Shown: positions 36,487-51,190, counted from the first letter of the whole stretch. The stretch is 63,755 nt of DNA, filler included, from Octopus bimaculoides (GCF_001194135.2; 5 parts of 5 records of this genome joined end to end with filler, not necessarily neighbours in it), one strand, 5' to 3'. Notes: generated from the letters alone by a model not told the origin. Translations and numbers: made by a program.

Positions 36487-37729
36487 TACATACGGCCGAA
36501 AAGTTCATAGGTTCACCAGGATATTCTCATAGACTGACCAAATGAGGTGTATTTTTCAGCATAGTCCACCTTGTGGTTCACTCACTTGTTCCATTGGTTT
36601 TGCAGCGCTTGGATTCCATCGGTGAAGAAGCTTTCATCTTGTTGGTAAACAAATTCCTCAAGAACATATTTGACGTCATTATTTCTGCGATACTGGTTCC
36701 CAGCCAGGGTTTGTTTTATGTTGGGAAACAGATGATAGTCAGATGGGGCCAAATCAGGAGAATAGTGGGGGTGATCAAGCAGTACAAAGCCACACGTACA
36801 GTAGCTATTGAAACAAAGGACTTGAGCACTGGATGAAACTTGAGCCTGGTGAAACAAGATTCCTTTCGTCAGTTTTTCAGGATGTTTGGTCTTGATAGCC
36901 TTTCATAATTGCCACAGCAAGTTGGCATAGTACTCTTCATTGATGATGCAGTCCTTTTGAAAATAGTCAATAAACACTATGGCTTTTGTATCGCCCAAAA
37001 AACTGAGGCCATCACCTTCCCTGCAGATAAAACGACCATGACCTTCTTTAGAGAAGGTGAGGAGGGGCGTTTCAGTCTACATACTGTCATTGTTTCTGGC
37101 TCAAAGTGGTGAAGCCAACACTCATCTTGGGTTAAGAAACGTTCAAGGAAACCAGCTGGATTTGCCTCAAGCGATGTCAGATTTTCCTGTTATTTGATAA
37201 GCTAGTGCGCTTTTGATCAGGTGTCAGAAGACGTGGCACCCCACAAGCAAAAATCTTCGTCATGCCAAGTTCATTGTTCAGAATATCCTCAACTCTCTCA
37301 TAGGATATGCTAATAGCATTGGTTATTTGATTTATAATCAATCGCCTGTCTTCCATCACCATGGATCAATGTTTAACCTTGGCAGTGGCAGTTGCAGGCC
37401 GTTCAGACATTGGATCATCTTCAACACTCTCCTTTCTCTTCCAAAATCCACTGCCTACTTTTGAACTGTTGCTAAAGCTGAGGTGTCATCCCCTAACATA
37501 GCAACCATATCAACATGAATGTCTTTGGGGGCTACACCCTTTTACTGCAGGTACTTGATATCATCACGATGCCAAAATTTCAAGAGAAGTCGCTATTAGT
37601 TACTTTTGAAGTGTTCTTTGAACAGTCAAATGCCAGTTCACATGGAAAGAAGCAATGCAGTTATTAATGAGAGCTGGAAAATAATGCACGCCAGATTTCA
37701 CAGCATGAACTTTTCAGCCCACATTCGTA
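36487..37729 (-). mobile_element. Mariner DNA transposon (irritans-like), decayed, embedded in (CATA)n
   Basis: Minus-strand transposase remnants: EDRRLIINQITNAISIS..VEDILNNELGMTKIFACGVPRLLTPDQK and LLDHPHYSPDLAPSDYHLFPNIKQTLAG. TIR core GCYGAAAAGTTCAT at both ends (~36495-36508 and 37705-37718). Confidence 0.85.
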
Positions 37730-38199
37730 CAAACATACATACACACATACAGGCATGCATACATACATACATACAAGTATGCATGCATACATACATACAG
37801 GCATGCATGCACTCATACATACATACATACATACAGGCATGCATACATACGTACATACGTATGTACGTACGTATGTATATATATGCATACGTATATACAT
37901 ACATACATACAGGTATGCATACATACGTACATACGTATGTATATATATATATATATGCATACATACATACGCGTGTGTATATGTATGTATGCGTGTGTGT
38001 GTGTATGCAGGAGAAAAGAGAGATAGAGAAAGAAAATAGAAATAGAAAAGAGAAAGGTAGTATATATGAAAAAGAAGACGAAGAAGAAGAAGAAGAAGAA
38101 GAAGATGGGGAGAAGAGAAAGAATTTGGGGAAGAGACTGCCAGGTGTTGCTATGTGAGATAGTAAAAAGGATCATCCCAGGTTTGTGGTCTATGTTGAT

Positions 38200-38930
38200 G
38201 GTGGAGATGGTTCTGATTAGGATGAAAGTCGTTGTGATAGTTTAACATTTTTGTTAGCATTTGTTGCGATCACGCGGTCGTTATGATGACGGAAATGTTT
38301 GGCCGAAATCATGAGAGTGATGGTTATAAATAAGATGTCGGTGGTGGTGGTTGCTGTGGATATGATGGCGGTGGTGTTGGTTGAGGGTGGTGGTGGTGTT
38401 AGTGTTTGTTGCGATCGTGATGTTGATGGTAGTGGCATTGGTTATAGTCATATTCGCAGTGCTGTTGGCTGTGAGTACGATGAAGATAGCATTGGCTATG
38501 ATCATCATGGTGGTGGTGTAAGCTGTGGTCAAGATGGTGTTGTTGGTGTAATTTGGAGTTGTCATGATTGTTGTGATGTTGGTTGTGGCCATCATAGGAC
38601 TGTTGTGGATTGTATATGAAATGGTGGTGGTGATGGTATTCATAGTTGAGGTGGTGTTGGTTGTAATTATGACTGTGATGGTGGTAGTGGTAGTGGTGTT
38701 AGCTGCGGTTATGATGTGGTAGTGTCGGTTGTGGTCATAATAACGTTGCAGATAGCTGATTACCATGGCGGTAGTAGTGTGATAGTCTTTCTAATAGTAT
38801 GGTTGTGGTGGAGGCGGTGATGGTGGTGGTCACGATGGTGGGGTGGTGTTAATGGTCGTGGTGGTGGTGGTAGTGGTGGTGGCGGTTGTTATGATGTTGG
38901 TGGCGATGTCGGTGTTGGTGGTGATGTAGG
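38200..38930. repeat. Degenerate (GGT/GAT/GTT)n low-complexity tract
   Basis: Mixed trinucleotide composition with stops in all frames; ends at a linker gap. Confidence 0.8.
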
Positions 38931-39300
38931 NNNNNNNNNNNNNNNNNNNNNNNNNNNNNNNNNNNNNNNNNNNNTTAATTAATTAANNNNNNNNNNNNNN
39001 NNNNNNNNNNNNNNNNNNNNNNNNNNNNNNATATATATGTATGTATGTATGTATGCATATATAAATATATATGTATGTGTGTGTGTGTGTATTATGCATG
39101 TAGAAAAATTCGTTCGTTGTTTTTGTTTGTTTTTGTGTGGGGAGCTACATGGCACTCTACATGGAACTCTACCGTTATGTCTAAAAAGAGGTAAAAAGCT
39201 ATTTAAATTTCAGAAGCGATAAACAAACAATGTAGAGAAGGGTTTGAGCTACAAGAAATATGAAACTCTGATTTAAAATTACTATTTCAAATCATAGTGG

Positions 39301-39408
39301 AAGGCGACGAGCTGGCAGAATCGTTAGCACACCGGGTAACACACTTAGCGGCATTTCGTTCGTCTTTACGTTCTGAGTTCAAATTCCACCGAGGTCGATT
39401 TTGCCTTG
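39301..39408 (+). mobile_element. SINE family 1, 3'-truncated
   Basis: AAGGCGACGAGCTGGCAGAATCGTTAGCAC...TTCTGAGTTCAAATTCCACCGAGGTCGATTTTGCCTT. Confidence 0.85.
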
Positions 39409-40127
39409 TCCCAAACTTTGAAACCAATTTGAATAACATTGAAACTGAATAAAATAAATGGAAAAAAAAAAAACGAACGAATTTATTTGAAAACTCAACA
39501 CGTATGTGTATTTATGTAAAACATTGAAAAGGTGACTGTGTTTTGGTTTTCTATCGCTTTCATCATGGAATTTCATCTCTTCGTATGAGTTCATGGAAGT
39601 ATGTTTGTACGAGTGAAGTTATTCAATCCTAAATTAACTTTTGTGTACTTTCCCGGTCTCAAATGCCATACAAGTGCAATACTCTCCCCTCGACTCGCAA
39701 TGCACTTACAACAAGGAGCCATTTCAATGCATTATATCACACAATACAAAACAAAATCTATTTAAGAAAACATTAATAAACAATACGTCTACACTATACA
39801 ATATTCCCCATATAAATTGACGATTAATAATGGATGCAATAAAAATATGTAAAATAAATTCTTTGTAAAAAAACGTATATAAAACTAGAGTATATATACA
39901 CATATATGCGTGTGTATAAACACGTATGTACGCATGTATGTATGTATGTGTGTATGTATGCATGCATGCATGTATGTCTGTCTGTCTGTATGTATGTATG
40001 TATGTATGTGTGCGTGCGTGCATGCGTACTTGTGTGTGCGCGATCGCGTGTATATAGAAAATGCCTAGTGACAAAATCTGTAGAACATCATACAAAATGC
40101 CTTAGGGTATTAAGTTACGGCCTATTA

Positions 40128-40275
40128 AGTTCTGATTGCAAAACCCGCCGAGGTCGACTTTGCCTTTCATCCTTCAGAGGTCGATAAAATAAAGTACCAG
40201 TCATGTACTGGGTCGATTTAAACGACTGAACCCCACCTCCACCCATGTTTCTGGCCTTGGGCCTACGTTAGAAGA

Positions 40276-40310
<35 letters not shown>
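40128..40310 (+). mobile_element. SINE family 1, 5'-truncated, with (ATT)n tail
   Basis: CCGCCGAGGTCGACTTTGCCTTTCATCC...GGCCTTGGGCCTACGTTAGAAG followed by (ATT)n. Confidence 0.8.
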
Positions 40311-40320
<10 letters not shown>

Positions 40321-41508
40321 TTCTCCATCCACCTCTTAACATCTCTCTGTCTCTGTCTCTCTCTTTCTCACTCACTTTGTTTCACTCACTATTTCTACCT
40401 TTATATCTCTCACTTTCACTCAGTTTCTCTAATATTCTTTCTTTCCTTTTTTTTTTCCTCTCTTACCATATACATATACGTACATACGCACATGCATACA
40501 TGGTTATATATGTATATGTATATGTACGTATGTATTAGTGTTTGTTCTTCTGAGAAGTTATCTATAAAAAAATAATTTAACGTTAAATTGAAGGATCATT
40601 CAATACTTTTAATAGAATACGTATTTGTGAATTTCTACAACAAACAAGATTTACAGAGACTTCGAAATCTCTACTACTTACTCGCCGTCGCCCAACTGAA
40701 GACGGATAGTGAGACGAAACTTCGAACCTTTTACATATAAAGATATATACATATATATATATATATANNNNNNNNNNNNNNNNNNNNNNNNNNNNNNNNN
40801 NNNNNNNNNNNNNNNNNNNNNNNNNNNNNNNNNNNNNNNNNNNNNNNNNNNNNNNNNNNNNNNNNNNNNNNNNNNNNNNNNNNNNNNNNNNNNNNNNNNN
40901 NNNNNNNNNNNNNNNNNNNNNNNNNNNNNNNNNNNNNNNNNNNNNNNNNNNNNNNNNNNNNNNNNNNNNNNNNNNNNNNNNNNNNNNNNNNNNNNNNNNN
41001 NNNNNNNNNNNNNNNNNNNNNNNNNNNNNNNNNNNNNNNNNNNNNNNNNNNNNNNNNNNNNNNNNNNNNNNNNNNNNNNNNNNNNNNNNNNNNNNNNNNN
41101 NNNNNNNNNNNNNNNNNNNNNNNNNNNNNNNNNNNNNNNNNNNNNNNNNNNNNNNNNNNNNNNNNNNNNNNNNNNNNNNNNNNNNNNNNNNNNNNNNNNN
41201 NNNNNNNNNNNNNNNNNNNNNNNNNNNNNNNNNNNNNNNNNNNNNNNNNNNNNNNNNNNNNNNNNNNNNNNNNNNNNNNNNNNNNNNNNNNNNNNNNNNN
41301 NNNNNNNNNNNNNNNNNNNNNNNNNNNNNNNNNNNNNNNNNNNNNNNNNNNNNNNNNNNNNNNNNNNNNNNNNNNNNNNNNNNNNNNNNNNNNNNNNNNN
41401 NNNNNNNNNNNNNNNNNNNNNNNNNNNNNNNNNNNNNNNNNNNNNNNNNNNNNNNNNNNNNNNNNNNNNNNNNNNNNNNNNNNNNNNNNNNNNNNNNNNN
41501 NNNNNNNN

Positions 41509-41549
<41 letters not shown>

Positions 41550-42180
41550 TACACCGTTACACTAGACACTCTTATAATTTCCTATACATATACAAATATA
41601 AACATACACAGAGGTGCGCAGGTACACATACACATTCACGCACACATAAAGAGAAACGCATGCAACGATACACATGAAAGCGCGCGCACATACACACACA
41701 TACACATGCATATACTAACCCACAGACAAGTAACTGAATATTACATACACGAATACATTACTTGACACAAGCACACATACACACACACACACACACACAC
41801 AAGCCGGTAAATAAACTTAAAAGTAATGTGACATTCCTTATGGTCTTTAGTGCGAAACGACGAGTTATTTCCGCACCTTTCAACAACTGAACTAACCAAT
41901 TTATATTTCAAACCATTGTCGAATACAAGGAAAGTTTGCTGTTGTTGTTGCTTGTCTCCATGTCACACTTGATTGAGCAGATCAATAATTAATCGTGTTC
42001 CAGTTATGACCAGTCTGTTTCATTCAGATCATGTACATCCAAGACATCAATATTTAATGTAAGGAAAATTTGTTGTCATTCTTGTTAAGTTCCTTGTCAC
42101 ATCTGGTTGAGCGTTTCCAGCCACCTGTTTCCAGCCCGTTTCATTCAGCCAATGTGCATCCAGGACTATACTATCTAATA

Positions 42181-42483
42181 CAGTAACTCTCAACCAGAGT
42201 CCATGTGACCCCTGAGGTCCATATAAAATTGGGGTGGGGATCCACAATAGTACTTTAAGGGTTCATGAACGAAGCTTCCTTTCGATGTATTTATTACAAG
42301 AATCAGGTAGGTTTCTTTATCTGACGTTTTATAACCGTATTTCCGGCAACTTAAACTTGTTCTCTCAGAGAGTTCTGTTACAAAACGAGAGAAGTGAATG
42401 TATGTCGAATATAAATGGGGGTCCACCAGGATAAAATAATAAAGGGATCCGTAGGTAAAAATCATAATGGTCAAGAACCGCTG
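42181..42483. mobile_element. Non-autonomous hAT (Charlie-like) MITE, decayed
   Basis: Ends CAGTAACTCTCAACC and GGTCAAGAACCGCTG resemble the CAGTGGTTCTCAACC TIR. Flanking 8-mers ATCTAATA and ATCTACTG resemble a decayed nTCTAGAn-type TSD. Internal GGTCCA repeats. Confidence 0.6.
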
Positions 42484-43483
42484 ATCTACTGTAAGAAAAG
42501 TTTGTTGGTGTTGCTGTTCTTGTTTTGGTCCATGTCGTACTTGGCTAAGCAGATCAGTAATTAATCATGTAACTTCCATCTCCATAATGTGCGTCTAGGA
42601 CCGTATCTTTTATTGTGGGGAAAGCCTATTATTGTTGTTGCTGCTCCAGCTCTTAAATTTGCTGCTGTTGTTAAGTTTCTGATTGAGCAGAAAAAATCCT
42701 TAGATACTCAAGCTACGATTATTCATGTTGTTAAAAACAAATTTGGACACTGTGTATCCAGAAATACGTTATCAAACACTTGTTTCCTATCCATATGATT
42801 TCGGGTTCAGTCCCACTGCATAGCATCTTGTGCAAGAGTCTTCTATTATAGCCTAGAGACGATCAATATAATATAAACATGTCTAATATACATATAAAAC
42901 ATGTATAATTTATATAATTATATAAAATATATAAACCAGGAAGTGTTACAAGTTCTTAACTGTAAATAACACACAATACAAAACTGACGGATATTTCCTT
43001 AACTTTATAGTGTTCAATTAAAATTACTACAAGGACAAAACATGCAATAAACTTGTTAATGTTCACGTCTAATTAGTATGTTGTCATTCAAATGTTTAAC
43101 TCAGGGCAGAATTTACGTGCATAATAAAAACATCTGATGAAAGAACCTGGTTTGAATTACGTTTAGCCAGCAGTGACAGCCATATCATACACAAATTCAG
43201 AACTTTCAACACTACAAATATTTTCAAGTCTAACATGGTTTAATGAATCATGCGAAACGAATCCGTTGAAAGCGTTTGGAAAGTCCTTGGTAATGTTTAC
43301 GTGATAACATGATTTCATTAAGACTAATTAGGTATAGCAACAGCGGCTAAAAGCACTAGTTAAAATATAAAATACCTTATAGCATTTAATCTCGTGCAGT
43401 TGTATTCTAAGTTCATGTTTTGCCAGATTCGAATTAGCGCTTTTTTTCTATTTGCTGCTGGAAGAAATGAATAACAATAATAC

Positions 43484-43487
<4 letters not shown>

Positions 43488-43571
<84 letters not shown>
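43488..43571. repeat. (TG)n microsatellite
   Basis: Seen directly. Confidence 0.95.
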
Positions 43572-43573
<2 letters not shown>

Positions 43574-43666
43574 CAGTCAGTCACCTTACGTTTGTTGGTC
43601 TTTTACCTGAACGAAAAACAGGATTAATGGTTGAAAAATTAGCAATTACTAATGAAGATAAATTAA

Positions 43667-43880
43667 GCCTGCGAACTAGCAGGATCGTTAGCACTCTGAA
43701 CAAAATGCTTAGCGGCATTTAGTCCGACTGTACGTTCTGAGTTCAAATTCCAGCCAGGTCGACTTTGCTTTTATCTTTTCGGGTTTGATATAATTAAGTA
43801 ACAGTTAGACGCTAGAGTCGATGTAATCGACATACCTACTCCGTGCGAACTTGCTGGCCTTGTGCCAAAATTTGAAATTA
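43667..43880 (+). mobile_element. SINE family 1
   Basis: GCGAACTAGCAGGATCGTTAGCAC...TTCTGAGTTCAAATTCC...GGCCTTGTGCCAAAATTTGAAA. Confidence 0.8.
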
Positions 43881-45729
43881 ATAATAAAGACAAATTGAAG
43901 ACTAAACATTTCTTTTTAAGCCACATATTTGTTGCTTGCCGGACGTGTTATCATGGTATTGTGTGTGGGGGTGTGAGAGAAAGAAAGAGAAAGAGAGAAC
44001 GACAGAGCGAGAGAGAGACCCACACACAGACAGACAGAGTGGAAGGGAGAATCTATGTACTACAGGAGAGAGAATCACTTCTTTTCTTTCTAGTTTTTAA
44101 GTTGCAAAGTTTACTTTTTACATTCACCACAAGCAAATTTTCTAATCGAAAAAAATCAAAAACAAAAAAAGAACAAGGGGCAGTAATTTCACTATTAATT
44201 GATTGGGTGTCCATTAAAATTATCTAAGAAACTAAAGGCAGCGAACTGGCAGAATCGTAGGAGCACCAGACAAAATACTTAGCAATGCCTGTGTATATAT
44301 GTATGTATAGGCACCGATTTGCCTATATATATATATACATATAAGTAAATCGATGACGACCGATGATTCAAAGACCAAAAACTAGAAAAATGCAAGTCAA
44401 GTGGACGTATTCAGTGGATATATTAATTTGATGCTCGGTGAAAGTGCAGGTGGAAAATTAACAGTAAAAACATGACGTTTCGGGCATGGCTCTTCGTTTG
44501 ATCGTAGAAGAAATTTCAAAAATGAGAATAAAGGAGGGGGAAACGGGTAGTCAAGAGAAAAGCATGAGGGTCTCTACATGGTCGAAGAAAATATGTACAT
44601 GTATGATTATATATATATAAGATCGNNNNNNNNNNCATATGTATATGCACATGCATAATATATACATTACATGGAAAAATGCGAACAAGAGAAATAATAT
44701 TCTTAAGATTATATACCTGCAAAATTATAGGACAAGTTATTACACTTGGAAATGTTAACCATATAGCTATGTCTGCATCTAAGATATTTCAGCAGTACAG
44801 ATTTAAACCACACATGTACTGAAAAATACACATCATTTTCATTCGTTTCTGATTATGAAACCAATCGAGATAGGAGCGCGTCGACCAACGATGCTCTTAA
44901 AGATTGTGGTTAAGTAATTGCAAGATACAAGAACTTAAAATTTATAATCATCATTATAGTTCTACCATAAACCATATTTCATGAATATTTAAAGCTCATT
45001 TCTTTTGTCACAACTACGATCCATGCAAACTTCAATGATTACATAAGACATCTTCGTATGTTATCTACTTGAATATAAAAGTTCCGAATGATTATACTAT
45101 GTTCTCTCTCATTTTGTACAAATTCGTGTGATTTAGTCAATGATATGAATGATATTTAACTATAAAAGTAACGAAAATCATTCATATTCATGAAATCCAG
45201 CTTTGAGTTTCACAACTCAAACTGTTTAACAAAAATGTAAATATATTTATGTAAGGGCGTATAGTAAATTTCATGTGTGCATATGTGTATATATATATNN
45301 NNNNNNNNNNNNNNNNNNNNNNNNNNNNNNNNNNNNNNNNNNNNNNNNNNNNNNNNNNNNNNNNNNNNNNNNNNNNNNNNNNNNNNNNNNNNNNNNNNNN
45401 NNNNNNNNNNNNNNNNNNNNNNNNNNNNNNNNNNNNNNNNNNNNNNNNNNNNNNNNNNNNNNNNNNNNNNNNNNNNNNNNNNNNNNNNNNNNNNNNNNNN
45501 NNNNNNNNNNNNNNNNNNNNNNNNNNNNNNNNNNNNNNNNNNNNNNNNNNNNNNNNNNNNNNNNNNNNNNNNNNNNNNNNNNNNNNNNNNNNNNNNNNNN
45601 NNNNNNNNNNNNNNNNNNNNNNNNNNNNNNNNNNNNNNNNNNNNNNNNNNNNNNNNNNNNNNNNNNNNNNNNNNNNNNNNNNNNNNNNNNNNNNNNNNNN
45701 NNNNNNNNNNNNNNNNNNNNNNNNNNNNN

Positions 45730-45814
<85 letters not shown>

Positions 45815-46900
45815 AAATCGAACGTGCATACTCATGTATGTACCCTGCTTGTTTACCGGTAGGCTGCGATTGAGCGTGGTGGAGATGACTCTCAAAGCAC
45901 TGAGTGTTAAAATATCTGAAAATCATAGAGAAGCTGACAACTCACCCCAAATCCCATTCAGGAGCGACTGAAATCGATGTTTCACCATTTTTGCGGCTTA
46001 TCAACATCTCGTGCAGGAACCGAATTGGAGGTGAACTGAATCACCATCCATGACAATGTACAAATAGTGCAAAAACCATTTGCTAGTATGCGCCGATGAT
46101 GATACGTAAGAATAAATTCATTTATGAATTAGAAGCAGTGCAAGTGTTGTAAATATTATCTAAACACTCGTAGTGAATGTATACCGCAATGTTGTTCGCC
46201 GGTAGGCTGCGATTATGCGCGGTAGATATGACGCATACATATATACATAATGATCGTTGTCCATTCGTTACTGAGGAAGATCATCACTGACCAACAGGAT
46301 CATTGTGCACTCAAGCAAATGTATGAGCACTCTTCATAAACGTACATTTATGCATAAATACATACATACACATTTATATTTGCCCACGTGTTTGTCTTCA
46401 TATACAAATACTTTTTATGTGATATCTATATGTGTTTTTATATGTAATTCATGAGGTCATAATAAGACCGAAACAAGGCGGAGGTTATCTCCCGTACTTG
46501 CAAAAATAATTAAAACAATATTAGTAATTGACTAATAGTGTTTTCCTTTTTTTTTTCTCCTCAATATTTCTAGTTTCCTTTTTAATAATTCTCGCACTAT
46601 GTATACATACTATGTATGTAACTGCGTGTATGTGCACCAGCACGTGTGTATTCTACATGTGTGCGTGTATGTGTATGTATTACATTTAAACACGTATGAT
46701 TATGTGAATGTGTGTATATGTGAGGAATGAAAGGGGTCAGGGCAGAAATGAGAATTCATACAAATATTGTATATACATATATATATATTTCCTGCACGCT
46801 TGTATATATTAATTCATTCATTCATAATGCACTTCACATCGGTCTCTTTTAAATATAACTTGAAGTCATATATATATCCGTCATAATAAATAACTATCTA

Positions 46901-46933
<33 letters not shown>

Positions 46934-47033
46934 NNNNNNNNNNNNNNNNNNNNNNNNNNNNNNNNNNNNNNNNNNNNTTAATTAATTAANNNNNNNNNNN
47001 NNNNNNNNNNNNNNNNNNNNNNNNNNNNNNNNN

Positions 47034-47068
<35 letters not shown>

Positions 47069-50000
47069 GTATGTTTCAGAAGTTGTACTACACTTGAGCA
47101 CTGTATACAATAAGCTCAAATGTGCGTGTGTGTGTGCGTGCGCGTGCGTGTTCGTGTGTGTGTGTGTGTGCGTGTGTGTGTATGTGTATGTGGGTGTGTG
47201 CGTATGGCTGTGTCTGTGTGTTTGAGTATAAATGTTACTGTTTATACAAGGGAGAGGACGACAGTATTCAAATCAGCCTACTTTACCGTGAACAGCTATC
47301 ACTTTCATTGGATAATTTCTGAATATTATTATTTATTTTTGCGTGCTATTTTTTGTTTGTAATTTTTTCTTTTGATGTATTTTTTCACCGGTCAATTCAT
47401 TGGTTGTTTTACTTCATTTACCCTTGTCCAGTGTTAGATTCTTGATTATCATTATTGTTGTTACTTTTATTGATGTCGTGGGAGTCTGTCTGCTATCGTG
47501 AACTTTCCTCCTTGTATTTGTTCGTTCTTTCTGTTTTTTTTTTGTTTTTTTTTTTGGTAACTGATATCTCTGAATTTTATTCTTTTTCAATGACCAATTG
47601 TTTAGTCACTTTGTTTAATTGACTGATATGAATTATTGTTCTCATGGGATCATCATTTCCATTCCTCAAAAAGCTATTTATCAAGATTGAAATTCAGACG
47701 AGATTTTCTTTTAAAATACATTTATTACAAGTCCTGCAACTTCACACGGCCTTCTTTCTCCTGTTCAGCGCGTATATTCCCTGTTTCATTATGCAGTGTT
47801 TTTACGGTGCTCGACAAAGTTACACGGAACCATTTATATAAGCTATAACACTATCCTTTAATACTGCCTTCTCATTTACATCTATAATATTCGCTATATG
47901 TTCCGAATGTTGTTTTATAGTGCTTTTGCATTCCTTCTGTGTATAATGTAAAACGAATGTGTCTGTTGGGTATATCCATTTTGATAGCCTCACCCTTACG
48001 ACATTATAAATGTTATCGATTTTTCCTCTTGTAGTACTGTTTTTGTATTGATTACCGCAACATAGTTTGAGCCATTGTAGTTACATTTGTTTTCGCTTGT
48101 GGACAGTGTGCTTTTATTTGGTTAATAATAGCTTAGATGGTGAGTTTCATCGCGTTCCAAAAACATATCGTGTTTTATGGTCGGTTGGTTAGCGTTACGG
48201 TGATTGTATTAGGGCTTTGTATCACATATATTGCTGTATTTAATGTGGATAGTTGATTGAGTCAGGAGTTATGTCTTTATCCAGGGCTGTTTGCACTTTG
48301 GCTCTGCATTCTTATTGTTCTTTCTACAATATAAGATATCATTACAGAATGGTACTACTTTCCCGAATATTGTTTTCTGAGAACATCATGGAGTTCGACA
48401 GCTTAAGTTCACCACTTGTTTTCATTTTATTATTACTAAAGGTGGAAGGCTGGATTGTTTCTTTATATATAAAGATATTTTGCTCAGTCCTAGTATGGTT
48501 ACGGTTTTGTTCTGGAGTTATGCCTAGTACTATGTCTAGGAAATTGCCGATGTATACGTTGGTTCGGTTAATTGTTTCCCTCCGCCTGCGTCTAGTTGTC
48601 GTCCGTCCGTATGTTGGATTTTGCTGGCATATCTCCGTATACTCCTTATCAAGATTATCTTTGGATGATCCTTTGTTTCTTTAGTATATAAAAGATTAGG
48701 GACGCTGCCTTCTTGGATTTGTTTGCACACCAATTTCCAGTTTGATCGGTTTGCTATTGGGGTCCTACGTCATCTTCTTTGGATGCCGCTTTTTCATATA
48801 TATATATATATATATATATCTACAAAACACACTCAGACACAACACACATTCACACAACGCACACCCATATACACACATGCACACCCATATACACACATGC
48901 ACACCTATATACACACATGCACACACATGTATATTCGCATTTAATAGTTTTTATTCGGTTAGGCCGTCTTATATTTTGTTCCATATCTCTACACCTATTT
49001 TACAGAGCTATTTTATGGATTATAGATTTTAAGATGCATTTTTGGCGATACAACTTCTGGTTATTCTTAGAACCATTTGTGTTTGGCATTCGCATGAAAA
49101 ATGAAAGGTGACAAACAAAGCTTGCATCCAAAATGCACAATTAAAATATCTCAATCAATAGAACAGAAACTGTGTAAACGGGAAAAAAGCGGAACGTTAA
49201 AAAAATATTGACATAAGCCACATCACTTATAAACTTAAATTTTATGTCTTTTTCTGTTAGATTTGGAGCATAATGATTCCAGATGCTGATGGTATCCGAC
49301 AATATAAAAGAAAATAAATCCACAAATAAATATGTAAACGAAATGATCTGGAAAAGTTTGAGTTTTACGATTTCATGCTATTTAAATGGAAAGTAGAATG
49401 AAAGTTAAATTGGCTTTTAATTTTTGAACTATTTCACAGTTGATTGGCATAAAACATTTCATACGTGAATAAATATCCATATGCATCATTCAGTGCCGAA
49501 TAAATGGAGCTGTGTCATTCTAATCGAAGAGTAAAGTAAATGCTAAGAGCCTGCCGGTAATAGTGCTAATAAAGTTACCAGAATCATAAACGATAAATAC
49601 AAGACTTCTAATAAGTACTCCAGTTCAGAATTTCTTCTAAAAAGGCTTTCCCGGTAATCGGGACAATAGACCAAATCTGATGTTTAGGCGAACCGGAAAA
49701 ATTAGAATTTTTTCATCTCAGACATCAGCTTCCGTAGATTCACGTAGGTTTCTGTAGATTTCTGTTGACATAAATTTCTGTAGAATTTTAATTGTGTTTC
49801 AATTTGTAGCGCATTATTGTCAGTTATTTTTACTTCATTCATTCTTAGACATTTGTGTTGTATCTACTGCTCAGTTCTAATGGATATATGAATATCGGTA
49901 TCCTGAATAAAGTATCGTCCCATCAGACTCGGGTGGGTGTTGCAACAAATATGTAATGTCGACGTACAACTGGTGATTCTCAGCTACTCTATCGACTCGG

Positions 50001-51029
50001 TTCTCAGCGGGTTCAAACATATTCAGTATGAGCATTGTGCGTTTAGTTATTCAGTATGAGCATTGTGCGTTTAGTGTTCTATCGGCTCGTCTTAGATTTC
50101 TCTTCTAGTCACTTCTGACGCTGTGGACTTAGTCCTGGATGACGGATTCTGAGTTCAAGTTGAAATTCATTTGAGGACTACCTCGTGTTTTCTACACTAA
50201 GCACATGGTCTTTATGAACGTGTGTGTGTGTCTATGAGCATTAGTAAACATATATCCATGTATGTGTGAGCATTTGGATTGACTTTACTACTCTATCCAC
50301 CAACTTTACATGATGTTAATTCTAATTTTTTGAGACACATTTAGTTGTGTTTTTAACTGTAAGAACACAATAGCATTAAATTACGCTCAATAGAATAAAA
50401 TGCGAAGGAAAGAAACAAATACAATAAATAACTTTGATTTCGCCGAAAACTTTATATTAATAATAGAATTAATTATTTTCGCAGATGAATAAAGATGATA
50501 ACATTTGACAGTACAAATATTTACAGAAGTGAATAATGGAATCCGATTTACGTGCAAAATAGTTTAATCCATGGAACATAATTATTTTAATGTAAACGTA
50601 ATTGCAGCATGTTTAGTTTGGTATGTCCATGTTAGTTCTTGTCAAATATAATCTATTTTTACTTCCTTGTTCTATTCAAGTTCTTCAATGTGCACTATGC
50701 GTAACAATGCAGTTACTTTAACTTCATCTTTCATTTGTTTCATGTCTCTAAGTGTTTCATTTCCTATCAATGGTATCTCTCACATTTTAGATATCGCTCC
50801 TTGACCATCGCAGTTTTATTCGTCAGTAAATATTACAACGTAAGTTTTCTCATGCTCATAGTCACCACCAAATATTATTACTAACCAATGAGAGAGTTTT
50901 TAATGAGTAAAGTATTGGATTTATTCATTCAGAAAGACCAATTCAACTGAGAATGAAATGGTTTTATTCTTTTCAGTTTTATTATTCAGTAACAATTTAT
51001 ATTTCTTTCCGATTTTGGAACAAGAGTAA

Positions 51030-51190
51030 TGGGTAAGTCGATCACATCGATACCACAGCTCAACCGACACTTTTTTTTTATCGACTCGGAAAGGACGAAA
51101 GACCAAGTCGAACTCAACAGTATTTGAACTTAGAACATAACGCTGAACATTTTGACTGATGTATTAACAATTCTGCAAACACGTCACCTT
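51030..51190 (-). mobile_element. SINE family 1, degenerate
   Basis: AAGTCGATCACATCGA...ATCGACTCGGAAAGGACGAAAG...TTTGAACTTAGAAC is the reverse complement of the core. Confidence 0.7.

Noticed and set aside
38281-38766. Thr/Asn-rich mucin-like ORF
   Set aside because: Translation of a degenerate trinucleotide tract; no splice or domain support.
40696-40727. CTGAAGA...GAAAC motif; similar decayed motifs near 32825-32850 and 44476-44500
   Set aside because: Helices cannot be formed or the core is mutated.
47650-48733. A-rich minus-strand stretch with partial open frames, possibly a retroelement ORF1
   Set aside because: No recognisable motif after manual translation in three frames.
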